DNA from: an uncultured bacterium
GTDB taxonomy: Bacteria; Desulfobacterota; GWC2-55-46; DRQE01
Length of the DNA stretch: 41,805 nucleotides
Assembly: GCA_965371305.1 (NCBI GenBank)
Contig: CBDUXY010000002.1
Span: 1-41,805 of the forward strand
Reading direction: 5' to 3'
The position numbers and the translations under genes are program-made. The notes under the pieces were generated by a model that did not search any database, had not been told where the DNA came from, and saw only the letters and a list, made by a program, of their open reading frames with translations. This document shows, piece by piece, positions 9,109-17,357 of the stretch. Numbering within the stretch: position 1 is the first letter of the stretch; each line of letters starts with the position of its first letter.

Positions 9109-10584
9109 TCAACCTGTTCTTTTTATAGCGCTTCTATACAACTCAATATACTTCACGGCAGAACTGCGCCATGAAAAATCACACCCCATGGCCCTGCTGA
9201 CGAGCCCTGCCCACTCTTTCTTGTCACTATAAACAGTGGTAGCCTGAGAAACCTTCCTTAAAAGTGCATTTGAACTGTAGCGCTTAAACTTAAATCCGTT
9301 ACCAGCACTCTGTTTGGCACCTTTACCAGGCTTAAACTCCTTAATGGTATCGGAAAGTCCGCCAGTGTCTCTGACTATAGGGATAGTGCCGTAACGAAGG
9401 CTGTATATCTGGTTCAGACCGCAAGGCTCGTAACGCGACGGCATCAGAAACATATCGGACCCTGCCTCTATCTTGTGCGCCAGCGTGTTGTTAAAGGTTA
9501 TTTTTACGCCAAGTTTTTCCGGATACCTTTTGGCAAGCTTTTCAAACAGATCGTGGTACTTTTTCTCGCCGGTGCCGAGCAAAACTATGACAAGATCAAG
9601 CTTCATAAGACTGTTCATGGCCTTCGAAAGAATGTCAAAACCCTTCTGATCGGCAAGGCGCGAGATTATACCGATAACAGGAGTTGTTGGCTTTGACTTC
9701 AACCCGTATTCCTTCAGCAGATCTTTTTTGCATTCGCCCTTGCCCTTCATGTCTGCCACTGAGTATTTTCTGGCTATAAATCCGTCCACCTCAGGGTTCC
9801 ACACTTTATAATCAACGCCGTTTATTACTCCAAAAAGTTCATGCTGTCTTTCGGTCAAAATCCCCTCAAGCCCGCAACCGTATTCAGGCGTTTGTATCTC
9901 TTTACTGTAGGCATTACTAACCGTTGTAATTACGTCCGAATACACAATGCCCGCCTTCAGGAGATTAATCCTGCCCCAGAACTCAACGCCGTCCATGGCA
10001 AACATATCCTGCGGAAGCCCTGTCAAATCAAAAAAACTTGCAGGGAACAATCCCTGGTAGGCCAGGTTGTGGATGGTAAAAACACAGGCGGTATCCGGCA
10101 ACACGTCACGGTACAGGCTCTTTAAATACGCAGGGATAAGCCCTGACTGCCAGTCGTTGCAATGCATTACGTCAGGGGCAAGCCCAAGCTTGATAGTAGC
10201 TTCCATGACCGCTCTGGAGAAAAACACAAAACGCTCGAGGTTATCGAAATAATCCTCTTGAGGGGTTGCGTAAAGATAAGTCCTGTCAAAATACTCGTCA
10301 CGTTTAACGAAATATACCGTCACGCCGCCTGACTTGGCAGAAAAAATCTCTGCCTCAAGAACTCTCCTGCCTACAGGTACGCTTACCTTTACGCCTGTTG
10401 GCAAAAGCTCCGCGCCGCAATCCACGACGTCTCTGTAAAGCGGCATAAAGAGTGTTACGTCGCAGCCAAGCTCTGCGAGCGCCTGCGGCAGCGCACCGGC
10501 AACGTCAGCAAGCCCGCCTGTTTTTGCAAAAGGCGTTGCCTCGGAAGAAGCTACCACTACCTTTATATTTTTCTTTTTAGACAT
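9109..10584 (-). CDS. glgA: Glycogen synthase
   Basis: KTGGLADV, HCNDWQ, FTIHNLAYQG, SRLADQKG and PSRYEPCGLNQ. Confidence 0.96.
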   Translation of the reverse strand: MSKKKNIKVVVASSEATPFAKTGGLADVAGALPQALAELGCDVTLFMPLYRDVVDCGAELLPTGVKVSVPVGRRVLEAEIFSAKSGGVTVYFVKRDEYFDRTYLYATPQEDYFDNLERFVFFSRAVMEATIKLGLAPDVMHCNDWQSGLIPAYLKSLYRDVLPDTACVFTIHNLAYQGLFPASFFDLTGLPQDMFAMDGVEFWGRINLLKAGIVYSDVITTVSNAYSKEIQTPEYGCGLEGILTERQHELFGVINGVDYKVWNPEVDGFIARKYSVADMKGKGECKKDLLKEYGLKSKPTTPVIGIISRLADQKGFDILSKAMNSLMKLDLVIVLLGTGEKKYHDLFEKLAKRYPEKLGVKITFNNTLAHKIEAGSDMFLMPSRYEPCGLNQIYSLRYGTIPIVRDTGGLSDTIKEFKPGKGAKQSAGNGFKFKRYSSNALLRKVSQATTVYSDKKEWAGLVSRAMGCDFSWRSSAVKYIELYRSAIKRTG

Positions 10585-10798
10585 AAGTCTTTAAAATATC
10601 AGAAAAAACCACCCCTATCAACAAATAAAAACCCTTAAAGCCCTTATAGATTAAACAGGGCGTAACTGTTCCGTTATTAGACGTAACCATTAATAAAGAC
10701 AAATTCCAAACACCTGCCATAACTTACCGATTGCCTGCCCCATGCCTTATATGATAAATTATAATATTAAGGTATCGATGAAGAAAAAAGAGCCGCCG

Positions 10799-10850
10799 GC
10801 ATTAACGTCCCGCATTAACATTCCGCATTAACATTCGACGTTAATTGTCC
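10799..10850 (+). repeat. 13-bp tandem repeat (GCATTAACRTYCS x3 plus a degenerate 4th) upstream of pcrA
   Basis: gcattaacgtccc / gcattaacattcc / gcattaacattcg / acgttaattgtcc. Confidence 0.75.
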
Positions 10851-10885
10851 CCTCAACCGGCATCACACAGAGGACGCTTTCCACC

Positions 10886-13204
10886 ATGTCATTTTTAAAA
10901 GAACTCAACCCGTCGCAACTTGAGGCGGTAACTTATCTTGACGGGCCCCTGCTCGTGCTTGCAGGGGCCGGAAGCGGCAAGACGAAAGTCCTTGCTACGC
11001 GCATTGCAAACCTTGTTGAAAACCACGGCGTACCGGCAAGCGGTATTCTGGCCGTTACCTTCACCAACAAGGCGGCAGGCGAGATGCGAGAGCGGCTTGG
11101 AGCTCTGCTTGGGAACAAGGCCTCCGACATGTGGCTTGGTACTTTCCACTCGCTCGGCCTTCGCATCTTGAGGCGAGACGGACACCTCCTTGGCCTAACG
11201 CGAGACATGACCATCTACGACGACTCCGACCAGCTGCGGCTCATAAAGCTAATAATGGAAGAGCTTAAAATAAGCGAGAAGGCCATCTCCCCCAAGGCCA
11301 TCCTCTACCGCATAAACCAGGCCAAAAACGAAGTCCTGACGCCTGAGGAGTATCAACTTCAATCGTCCGACTTTTTTGCCGAGCGCGTGGCCCGTGTCTT
11401 CACCCTTTACCAGAAAAAGCTTGAGCAGATGTCCGCCGTTGACTTTGGCGACCTGATAGTTGCCCCGACAAGGCTGTTCCAGCGTTATCCCAAGATCCTT
11501 GAACAGTACCAGAACCGCTTCCGGCACATACTCGTTGACGAATACCAGGACACGAACAAGGCGCAATACGTCCTTATGAACTCGCTTGCCGCCGGGCACG
11601 AAAACCTCTGCGCCGTGGGAGACCCGGACCAGAGCATATACGCGTGGCGGGGTGCCGACATACGTAACATCATGGAGTTCGAAGAAGACTGGCCCGACGC
11701 GACCGTATTCAAGCTTGAACAGAACTACCGATCCACCGGAAACATCCTTAACGCTGCAAACTCGGTAATCGCGCGGAACGCAAAACGCTACGAGAAAAAC
11801 CTCTGGACAGACAACCCCGAAGGCACGCTTGTGCGCTGCGAGCAATTGGAGAGCGAACACAAAGAGGCAAAGACCGTTATTAAACTCATGCACGAGACCA
11901 TCGGGCGGGAGCAGGACTACACATTCGGGGACTTCGCCGTGTTTTACCGCACAAACGCCCAGTCAAGGGTCTTTGAAGAACAATTCATAAGAGAAGGCCT
12001 GCCTTATGCCATAATCGGCGGGGTCAGGTTTTACGAACGCCGCGAGATAAAAGACGCGCTTTGTTATTTAAAAATAGTCGCCAATCCAAAAGACGCGCTT
12101 AGTTTTAAACGCATCATAAACACCCCGGCGCGCGGCGTTGGCTCTGTGACGTTAGCGAACCTCGACAACCTTGCCATCGAGCACGGCATTACCTTTTACG
12201 AAGCGTTCGGCGAAGCCATAAAGATGGGCAAACTTAAAAAACCCGAGCAGCTTAAATTATTTAACGCCCTTCAGGCCGCACGCGAGCAGCTTGGCAATAC
12301 CCCTTTGCACGAAGTCGCCCTCACTTTGCTTGAAGATGCAGGATACATCGGCATGTGGGAGAAAGAGGCGCAAAAGTCGTCTGGGGGTGATTCAGATGGC
12401 GCTTACGGACGTATCGAAAACCTGCACGAGCTAATTTCAGCCATGAAGGACTTTGAGGAAGAATTTATGGACGAAAACGTCGCCCTCTCGGACTTCCTCG
12501 ACCGCGCAGCCCTTATAAGCGACGTTGACTCCTACGAAGGCCAGGCAAACCGCATTACCTTAATGACGCTCCATTCGGCAAAGGGGTTAGAATTCCCGGT
12601 CGTATTCATGTGCGGACTGGAAGAGGGGCTTTTCCCCCATTCCCGGAGCCTCGACAGTGAAGACGAACTTGAAGAGGAACGCCGGCTTTGTTACGTCGGC
12701 ATGACGCGCGCCAAGGAAAAATTGTTTATGCTGTCGGCTCGTACACGCACGGTGTTTGGAGTTGAAAAGTACCAGACGTCGTCGCGGTTCATAGACGAAG
12801 TGGCGGACGAGTTCATAGAAAGAGAGGACTCAGGGGTTGGCGGCGGATACGGCAGTGGTTATGCCAGTGGGTTTAAACGAACCGGCGCGGGCGCAAGCGC
12901 AAGAAATTCCGCAAAACATTCAAACGAACCTTACTACGTGTTTGACGAGAGCCAGGAGCAGACTTATACGGACGACTACGCCGACCAGTCGTACCAAGAC
13001 CCGTCATCTGGTGGCGGGTCTACAACAGGTTCTCAAACCGTAGCCCCGTTTGCAATAGGCTCTTACGTCTCCCACCCCAAATTCGGCAGAGGCATCATAA
13101 AAGCCCGCGAGGGTTCGGGCGAGAAGTCAAAGCTCACCATACATTTCCAGAGTGTGGGGCCGAAGAAACTTGTCCTGAAGTATGCTCCATTGACTCCTGC
13201 CTAG
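10886..13204 (+). CDS. pcrA: SF1A DNA helicase PcrA/UvrD
   Basis: LAGAGSGKT, TFTNKAA, VDEYQD, VGDPDQSIYAWRGA, QNYRS, TLHSAKGLEF and EERRLCYVGMTRA; Tudor-like tail VSHPKFGRG. Confidence 0.95.
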   Translation: MSFLKELNPSQLEAVTYLDGPLLVLAGAGSGKTKVLATRIANLVENHGVPASGILAVTFTNKAAGEMRERLGALLGNKASDMWLGTFHSLGLRILRRDGHLLGLTRDMTIYDDSDQLRLIKLIMEELKISEKAISPKAILYRINQAKNEVLTPEEYQLQSSDFFAERVARVFTLYQKKLEQMSAVDFGDLIVAPTRLFQRYPKILEQYQNRFRHILVDEYQDTNKAQYVLMNSLAAGHENLCAVGDPDQSIYAWRGADIRNIMEFEEDWPDATVFKLEQNYRSTGNILNAANSVIARNAKRYEKNLWTDNPEGTLVRCEQLESEHKEAKTVIKLMHETIGREQDYTFGDFAVFYRTNAQSRVFEEQFIREGLPYAIIGGVRFYERREIKDALCYLKIVANPKDALSFKRIINTPARGVGSVTLANLDNLAIEHGITFYEAFGEAIKMGKLKKPEQLKLFNALQAAREQLGNTPLHEVALTLLEDAGYIGMWEKEAQKSSGGDSDGAYGRIENLHELISAMKDFEEEFMDENVALSDFLDRAALISDVDSYEGQANRITLMTLHSAKGLEFPVVFMCGLEEGLFPHSRSLDSEDELEEERRLCYVGMTRAKEKLFMLSARTRTVFGVEKYQTSSRFIDEVADEFIEREDSGVGGGYGSGYASGFKRTGAGASARNSAKHSNEPYYVFDESQEQTYTDDYADQSYQDPSSGGGSTTGSQTVAPFAIGSYVSHPKFGRGIIKAREGSGEKSKLTIHFQSVGPKKLVLKYAPLTPA

Positions 13205-13215
13205 CCTTTTAAGGG

Positions 13216-13338
13216 TTCACGCCCATAAATGCACATATACATTGTCAGGACTTCGTCCTCAAATCCTCACATACCGTTCAGTATGCTGCGGTTTAAGGCC
13301 TTGCCCTTCCTTGCCTATGAGACATTTATGAGCGCGAA
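13216..13338. repeat. 123-bp ERIC/MITE-like palindrome after pcrA
   Basis: Termini TTCACGCCCATAAATG / CATTTATGAGCGCGAA are imperfect inverted repeats; central CATAC-N6-GTATG. Confidence 0.7.
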
Positions 13339-13542
13339 GGGGGGTTTTTTTACATCTTGAGCAAATTTCCCCACAATCAACCCGGCACAACATGGAGCGT
13401 AGTAAACATTTGACACACCACCACATATTGTGTTAATTATATATTGTTCTGTTTATCCAAACAGAACCAATATTTACAATATTAACTAACATTGGTGGGC
13501 AAGAAACATCAACACACTATTTTATTTAATCAGGAGAAAAGA

Positions 13543-14478
13543 ATGTCGATTTTGGAATTTTTTACATCTAAGACCGGATTGGTGAGTTTTGGTGGAAATT
13601 TAGACGATTCAGAGACAAAACACTGCCACGAGATTATAAAGACATTTGCGAATATGCTTTCTGAGTATGCAAAAGAAGTACAAATTCCTGCTTCAATTTT
13701 AAAAATTAAACAAGCATCATATCTTCAAACAGTCAAATATAAATCCAAGTATTACTTTTTATTTGTTGATGCTCCAGGAAGAAACACTCTAATTTATAGC
13801 GATGTTAAGTCCACTAGTAGATTTTCTTTGTCACATCTTTTAAATGATATTACGGTTGAGAAAGGAGACGTTATTTATAATTTTTCAATCCCAACAAAAC
13901 TATCTGAAGATTCCCAAAAAACATATCTAAAACAAGCAGTAAGATCATATATTGAACCTATTTTAGTATCTCAAATGAACCCAGAAGTAAAAGATGCCGA
14001 GGAAACGGGCTCTTTCCAAGACATATCCACTGGTATGAAGAAATTTTATAAAAACTTTCCTGCACCCCAGAAAACAGCATTTATAATGATGCAAATTTCA
14101 AAAACAAAACAACACGATGATATACTTAATGCAATTAAAAATATTCTAAAAAAATATAACATTATCGGAATGCGTGCTGACGATACGGATTACATGGACG
14201 ACCTTTTTGCTAATATCAAAGTATATATGAACGCTTGTACTTTTGGTATTGCAGTATTTGAAAGAATCACAAAAAATGATTTTAACCCTAACGTATCACT
14301 TGAAGTAGGTTATATGTTAGGTAAACCAAAGAAAGTTCTTTTATTAAAGGACAGCACACTAAAAACATTACCAACAGACCTTACTGGAAAATTGTATAAA
14401 GAATTTGACACAGGAGATATTGAAAACACCATACCTCCGCAAATTGAAAAATGGCTTGCAGATAAAAGTTATCTGTAA
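13543..14478 (+). CDS. AT-rich orphan with C-terminal TIR-like / nucleoside 2-deoxyribosyltransferase-like domain
   Basis: AFIMM, RADD, FGIAVFE, FNPNVSLEVGY and LPTDLTG resemble the NPNVxxExG motif of these folds. AGGAGA RBS before ATG 13543. N-terminal half not recognised. Confidence 0.65.
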   Translation: MSILEFFTSKTGLVSFGGNLDDSETKHCHEIIKTFANMLSEYAKEVQIPASILKIKQASYLQTVKYKSKYYFLFVDAPGRNTLIYSDVKSTSRFSLSHLLNDITVEKGDVIYNFSIPTKLSEDSQKTYLKQAVRSYIEPILVSQMNPEVKDAEETGSFQDISTGMKKFYKNFPAPQKTAFIMMQISKTKQHDDILNAIKNILKKYNIIGMRADDTDYMDDLFANIKVYMNACTFGIAVFERITKNDFNPNVSLEVGYMLGKPKKVLLLKDSTLKTLPTDLTGKLYKEFDTGDIENTIPPQIEKWLADKSYL

Positions 14479-14901
14479 ACCAAAATGAAAGAAATGAAAG
14501 GGGACAGATTTATTTAATCTCTCCCTGCATACACAGCAAGACAAGTATCAAATCCATAATACCGATTACTGGTTGGCAATATTACTTAAGAGGTATGAAA
14601 TATGGAAAGGAATAATATGGACAATCAAACACAATTACTTCTTGAAAAATGGGAAAAATAGGGACAGCGACCATTTAATTCCGTAATGTTTCTGTTCGTA
14701 CCCGCGCTGAAATTCCCCTCACCCCTCAGCCAACCAGTCTAACCTGCACCCACCATTTTGCTTTGCCTTTCAACCCTGTGGGGATATGATGGTCACAAGG
14801 CTTAAAGAAGAGCGGGTGAGCGTACGAGGGGGCATGAGCACAGCGATTTAGGCGGGTTAAGCGAACTGGGCAGAGGCGGCCACAGCTTTTTGACAGCATA
14901 T

Positions 14902-15065
14902 CCCCATAAAGCGACCCAAAAGAATAAAGTCCGGAGCGCCGGTCGCAACTGCACTTTGTTTTCATTTACTTGGATTCCAGCATTAAAAAAGAAGAAAGAT
15001 TATTTTTTTACCCCACAAAGCGACCCAAAAGAGCAATGTCCGAAGCGCCGGTCGCAACCGCACTT
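14902..15065 (+). repeat. Two ~55-bp direct repeats, each with an internal GCGACC/GGTCGC stem
   Basis: CCCCAYAAAGCGACCCAAAAGA...GTCCGRAGCGCCGGTCGCAACYGCACTT at 14902-14956 and 15011-15065. Confidence 0.85.
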
Positions 15066-15143
15066 AAAACCACCATCCTCCCCCCTCACCCAACAGATCG
15101 ATTACTATTCTACACATATTCAAAAATTTTATGCTTCCAAAAA

Positions 15144-15193
15144 ATTGCAAAATCTTATTAAAAGATTGCAAAATCTTACTAATGGTTTATAAT
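15144..15193 (+). promoter_or_regulatory. Direct-repeat operator overlapping a sigma70-like promoter
   Basis: ATTGCAAAATCTTA at 15144 and 15165 (21-bp period); TTGCAA-N16-TATAAT at 15166-15193. Confidence 0.5.
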
Positions 15194-15362
15194 TTAATGA
15201 TTGATATAGATTCACTTTAAGAACACTCATCCAGCGGAGCAGTGTTGCTCCCTCAACTCTGTCTTATAATTTGTCGTGTTTTCACGCCCGCAAAGGCACA
15301 GTCGGTCATTTAACCAGACAGGAAACAACCAGGCCTTTGCCCTTACAGTTTGGGGAGAACTT

Positions 15363-15533
15363 ATGAAGCACCGCGATTTAGCCGGGCAACAAGGCCTCAG
15401 CAGGACCAGAAAGGCACCGCGACATAAAAGACTTCTGAATGCAAAAACCCGTTGGATAATTCGCTGGATGATTGGGGTCACAATCAGCGTCGCAATTGGC
15501 CTCACTTTATTTCATTTTATTATAGACACGTAG
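15363..15533 (+). CDS. Small basic single-TM hypothetical protein (56 aa)
   Basis: GGGGAG RBS before ATG 15363; basic N-terminus then hydrophobic WIIRWMIGVTISVAIGLTLFHFII. Confidence 0.4.
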   Translation: MKHRDLAGQQGLSRTRKAPRHKRLLNAKTRWIIRWMIGVTISVAIGLTLFHFIIDT

Positions 15534-15550
15534 GGTGGTCTGCGCCCACC
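15530..15550 (+). repeat. GTAG-family REP-like palindrome
   Basis: GTAG-GGTGG-TCTGCGC-CCACC; its TAG is the stop codon of the small ORF. Confidence 0.55.
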
Positions 15551-15666
15551 CTTTTACTCCCCCCCATGCCTGCGGTGTTACCTGAAAACACTCCTGATCA
15601 CCGGAAGCACACACACCACCTCTTACTTAACATGCAATTTGACATTATTCATACTTTTGCCGTTTA

Positions 15667-15695
15667 TTGACAAGTGTAAAACAGTGTTATAGTAT
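15667..15695 (+). promoter_or_regulatory. Sigma70-type promoter
   Basis: TTGACA-N17-TAGTAT; GAGGAG RBS downstream. Confidence 0.6.
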
Positions 15696-15720
15696 ATGAA
15701 GTGTCAGAGGAGCCTGGAAA

Positions 15721-16368
15721 ATGAAAGAGAAAAAAGACAGCAGCTCAAAGGATGCGGGCAATATAGAAGATCAAAGGGATAGCAAGAGAGTGCACTTTGA
15801 CGCGACCGTGCACCTTGGCAATTCTCCTGAAGCCAAAGACGAAGACACTTCGCACATAATCGACATCTCCCGCACAGGCATTGGCGTAAGGACTTCAAAA
15901 ACGCTTAAAACCGGCGACACGTTACAGATCTACATCGACCACGACTATGACGTATACAAGGCTGAAGGTCTTGTGGAATGGACAATAAACGTCTCGCCTT
16001 TTATTACCTGGCTGATTAAAAACAAGGCGGGTATAAAATTCATGCAGGCCGACCAGAGGATAATCAACCTGTACGAGAGCGAGTCAGGGACAGGCCGGGT
16101 TCCGGGTTTAAACAACAACGAGATACCTGTATATGAGGGCCCGGTTATTGCCGAGCGATGCCGCAACAAAAACTGCGGACAGATACTCTTTACAAGAACC
16201 CCCGATAACATCAAAAAAGGCTGGGCCATCTGCTCTGAAAACCCGCCGCAGCTTGAATCAACCGGGGAGGAACTCTTTTACACCTGCCCCCATTGCAAGG
16301 CCAAGAACAGGGTTTACAGCGATTACCTGCACCGCAAAACCTGCATAAGAGGCATCATAACAGAATAA
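15721..16368 (+). CDS. PilZ-domain protein with C-terminal Cys-rich (Zn-ribbon-like) domain
   Basis: RDSKR (RxxxR) and DISRTG (DxSxxG) c-di-GMP motifs; C-terminal CRNKNC ... CPHC. Confidence 0.75.
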   Translation: MKEKKDSSSKDAGNIEDQRDSKRVHFDATVHLGNSPEAKDEDTSHIIDISRTGIGVRTSKTLKTGDTLQIYIDHDYDVYKAEGLVEWTINVSPFITWLIKNKAGIKFMQADQRIINLYESESGTGRVPGLNNNEIPVYEGPVIAERCRNKNCGQILFTRTPDNIKKGWAICSENPPQLESTGEELFYTCPHCKAKNRVYSDYLHRKTCIRGIITE

Positions 16369-16615
16369 ACCTGCGAGTTTTACACACCGCGCACCCTGTA
16401 TGTCCAAATCAGCGAAAATACAAGCTCACTATTCTTGAAATTTCTTTTAGCCCCTTTTTCCAGACAATAAATTCACTTATTTCAACATAGTTTCAGTGAA
16501 ATTATCTTTCTATGATATTTTTTTAATTGAATTATATGTTTTTTTATATATAATCATACACCTGAAGAAACGATTTAACTAACTCAACAGTTATTCACTT
16601 AAATAGGAGAAAGAC

Positions 16616-17338
16616 ATGTCGTGGTTTAAAAAACAACAATCCATGGTTCTTGCCATTTTTCTTGTAGCCTTTCTGGCTCTTGTAAGCGGCTGCGCAACCA
16701 CCAAAAACATGGCTATCAACAAAGAGACGCAAGCACTTGACTACTCCGAGGAATCCATCATGCTTATGTCCCTTAAGACTTCAAACGAAAAAAGACCTCA
16801 TTACGTACCTTATGTTTACAGCATAGACATCTCAGCTAACGGTAAAGAATCAGAGGAGCTATTTCGTTTTAAAGTGGATAAGCCTATCAAGCGTGTCAAA
16901 AGCGACTTCAATGAATATTTGCTCAGCTTTCAGCTTGCTCCAGGCAATTACAAAATCAAACTGTTAAATTGTACGAGCGGCATATTCCCTGCCATTGGGA
17001 CATGCTACGTCCCGGTTCACACTGAATTCGAAGTCGCCCCCGGCAAAATAGTTTATATGGGACGCATAGAAGCAACGAACAGGGACAAGAAAAGCAAGGA
17101 AGAATTAAGAGCCGGTCCGGTTTTTCCTCTTTTAGACCAGGTCTTAACCGGCTTCTCCACAGGTAGCTTTGACGTGAACATATACGACAACTATGATAAA
17201 GACATCAGCCTTTTTGAACAAAACTTTCCATTAATTAACGGTCAAACAGTAGAAAAAAACGTACTACCCCCCTGGGTAAGGCCATTAAAAGAGAAAGCGC
17301 AAGTGAATGAACAAAATAAAGATGACGAAAGTTTTTAA
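16616..17338 (+). CDS. Hypothetical lipoprotein
   Basis: Signal peptide with lipobox VSG-C; AGGAGA RBS; beta-rich body (LAPGNY, PGKIVYMG). Confidence 0.75.
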   Translation: MSWFKKQQSMVLAIFLVAFLALVSGCATTKNMAINKETQALDYSEESIMLMSLKTSNEKRPHYVPYVYSIDISANGKESEELFRFKVDKPIKRVKSDFNEYLLSFQLAPGNYKIKLLNCTSGIFPAIGTCYVPVHTEFEVAPGKIVYMGRIEATNRDKKSKEELRAGPVFPLLDQVLTGFSTGSFDVNIYDNYDKDISLFEQNFPLINGQTVEKNVLPPWVRPLKEKAQVNEQNKDDESF

Positions 17339-17357
17339 CAATTAAGTTATGAGCGGG

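Noticed and set aside
14890-15192. 100-aa ORF in the accessory patch
   Set aside because: Runs through the 55-bp direct repeats and promoter-like DNA; no RBS or domain signal.
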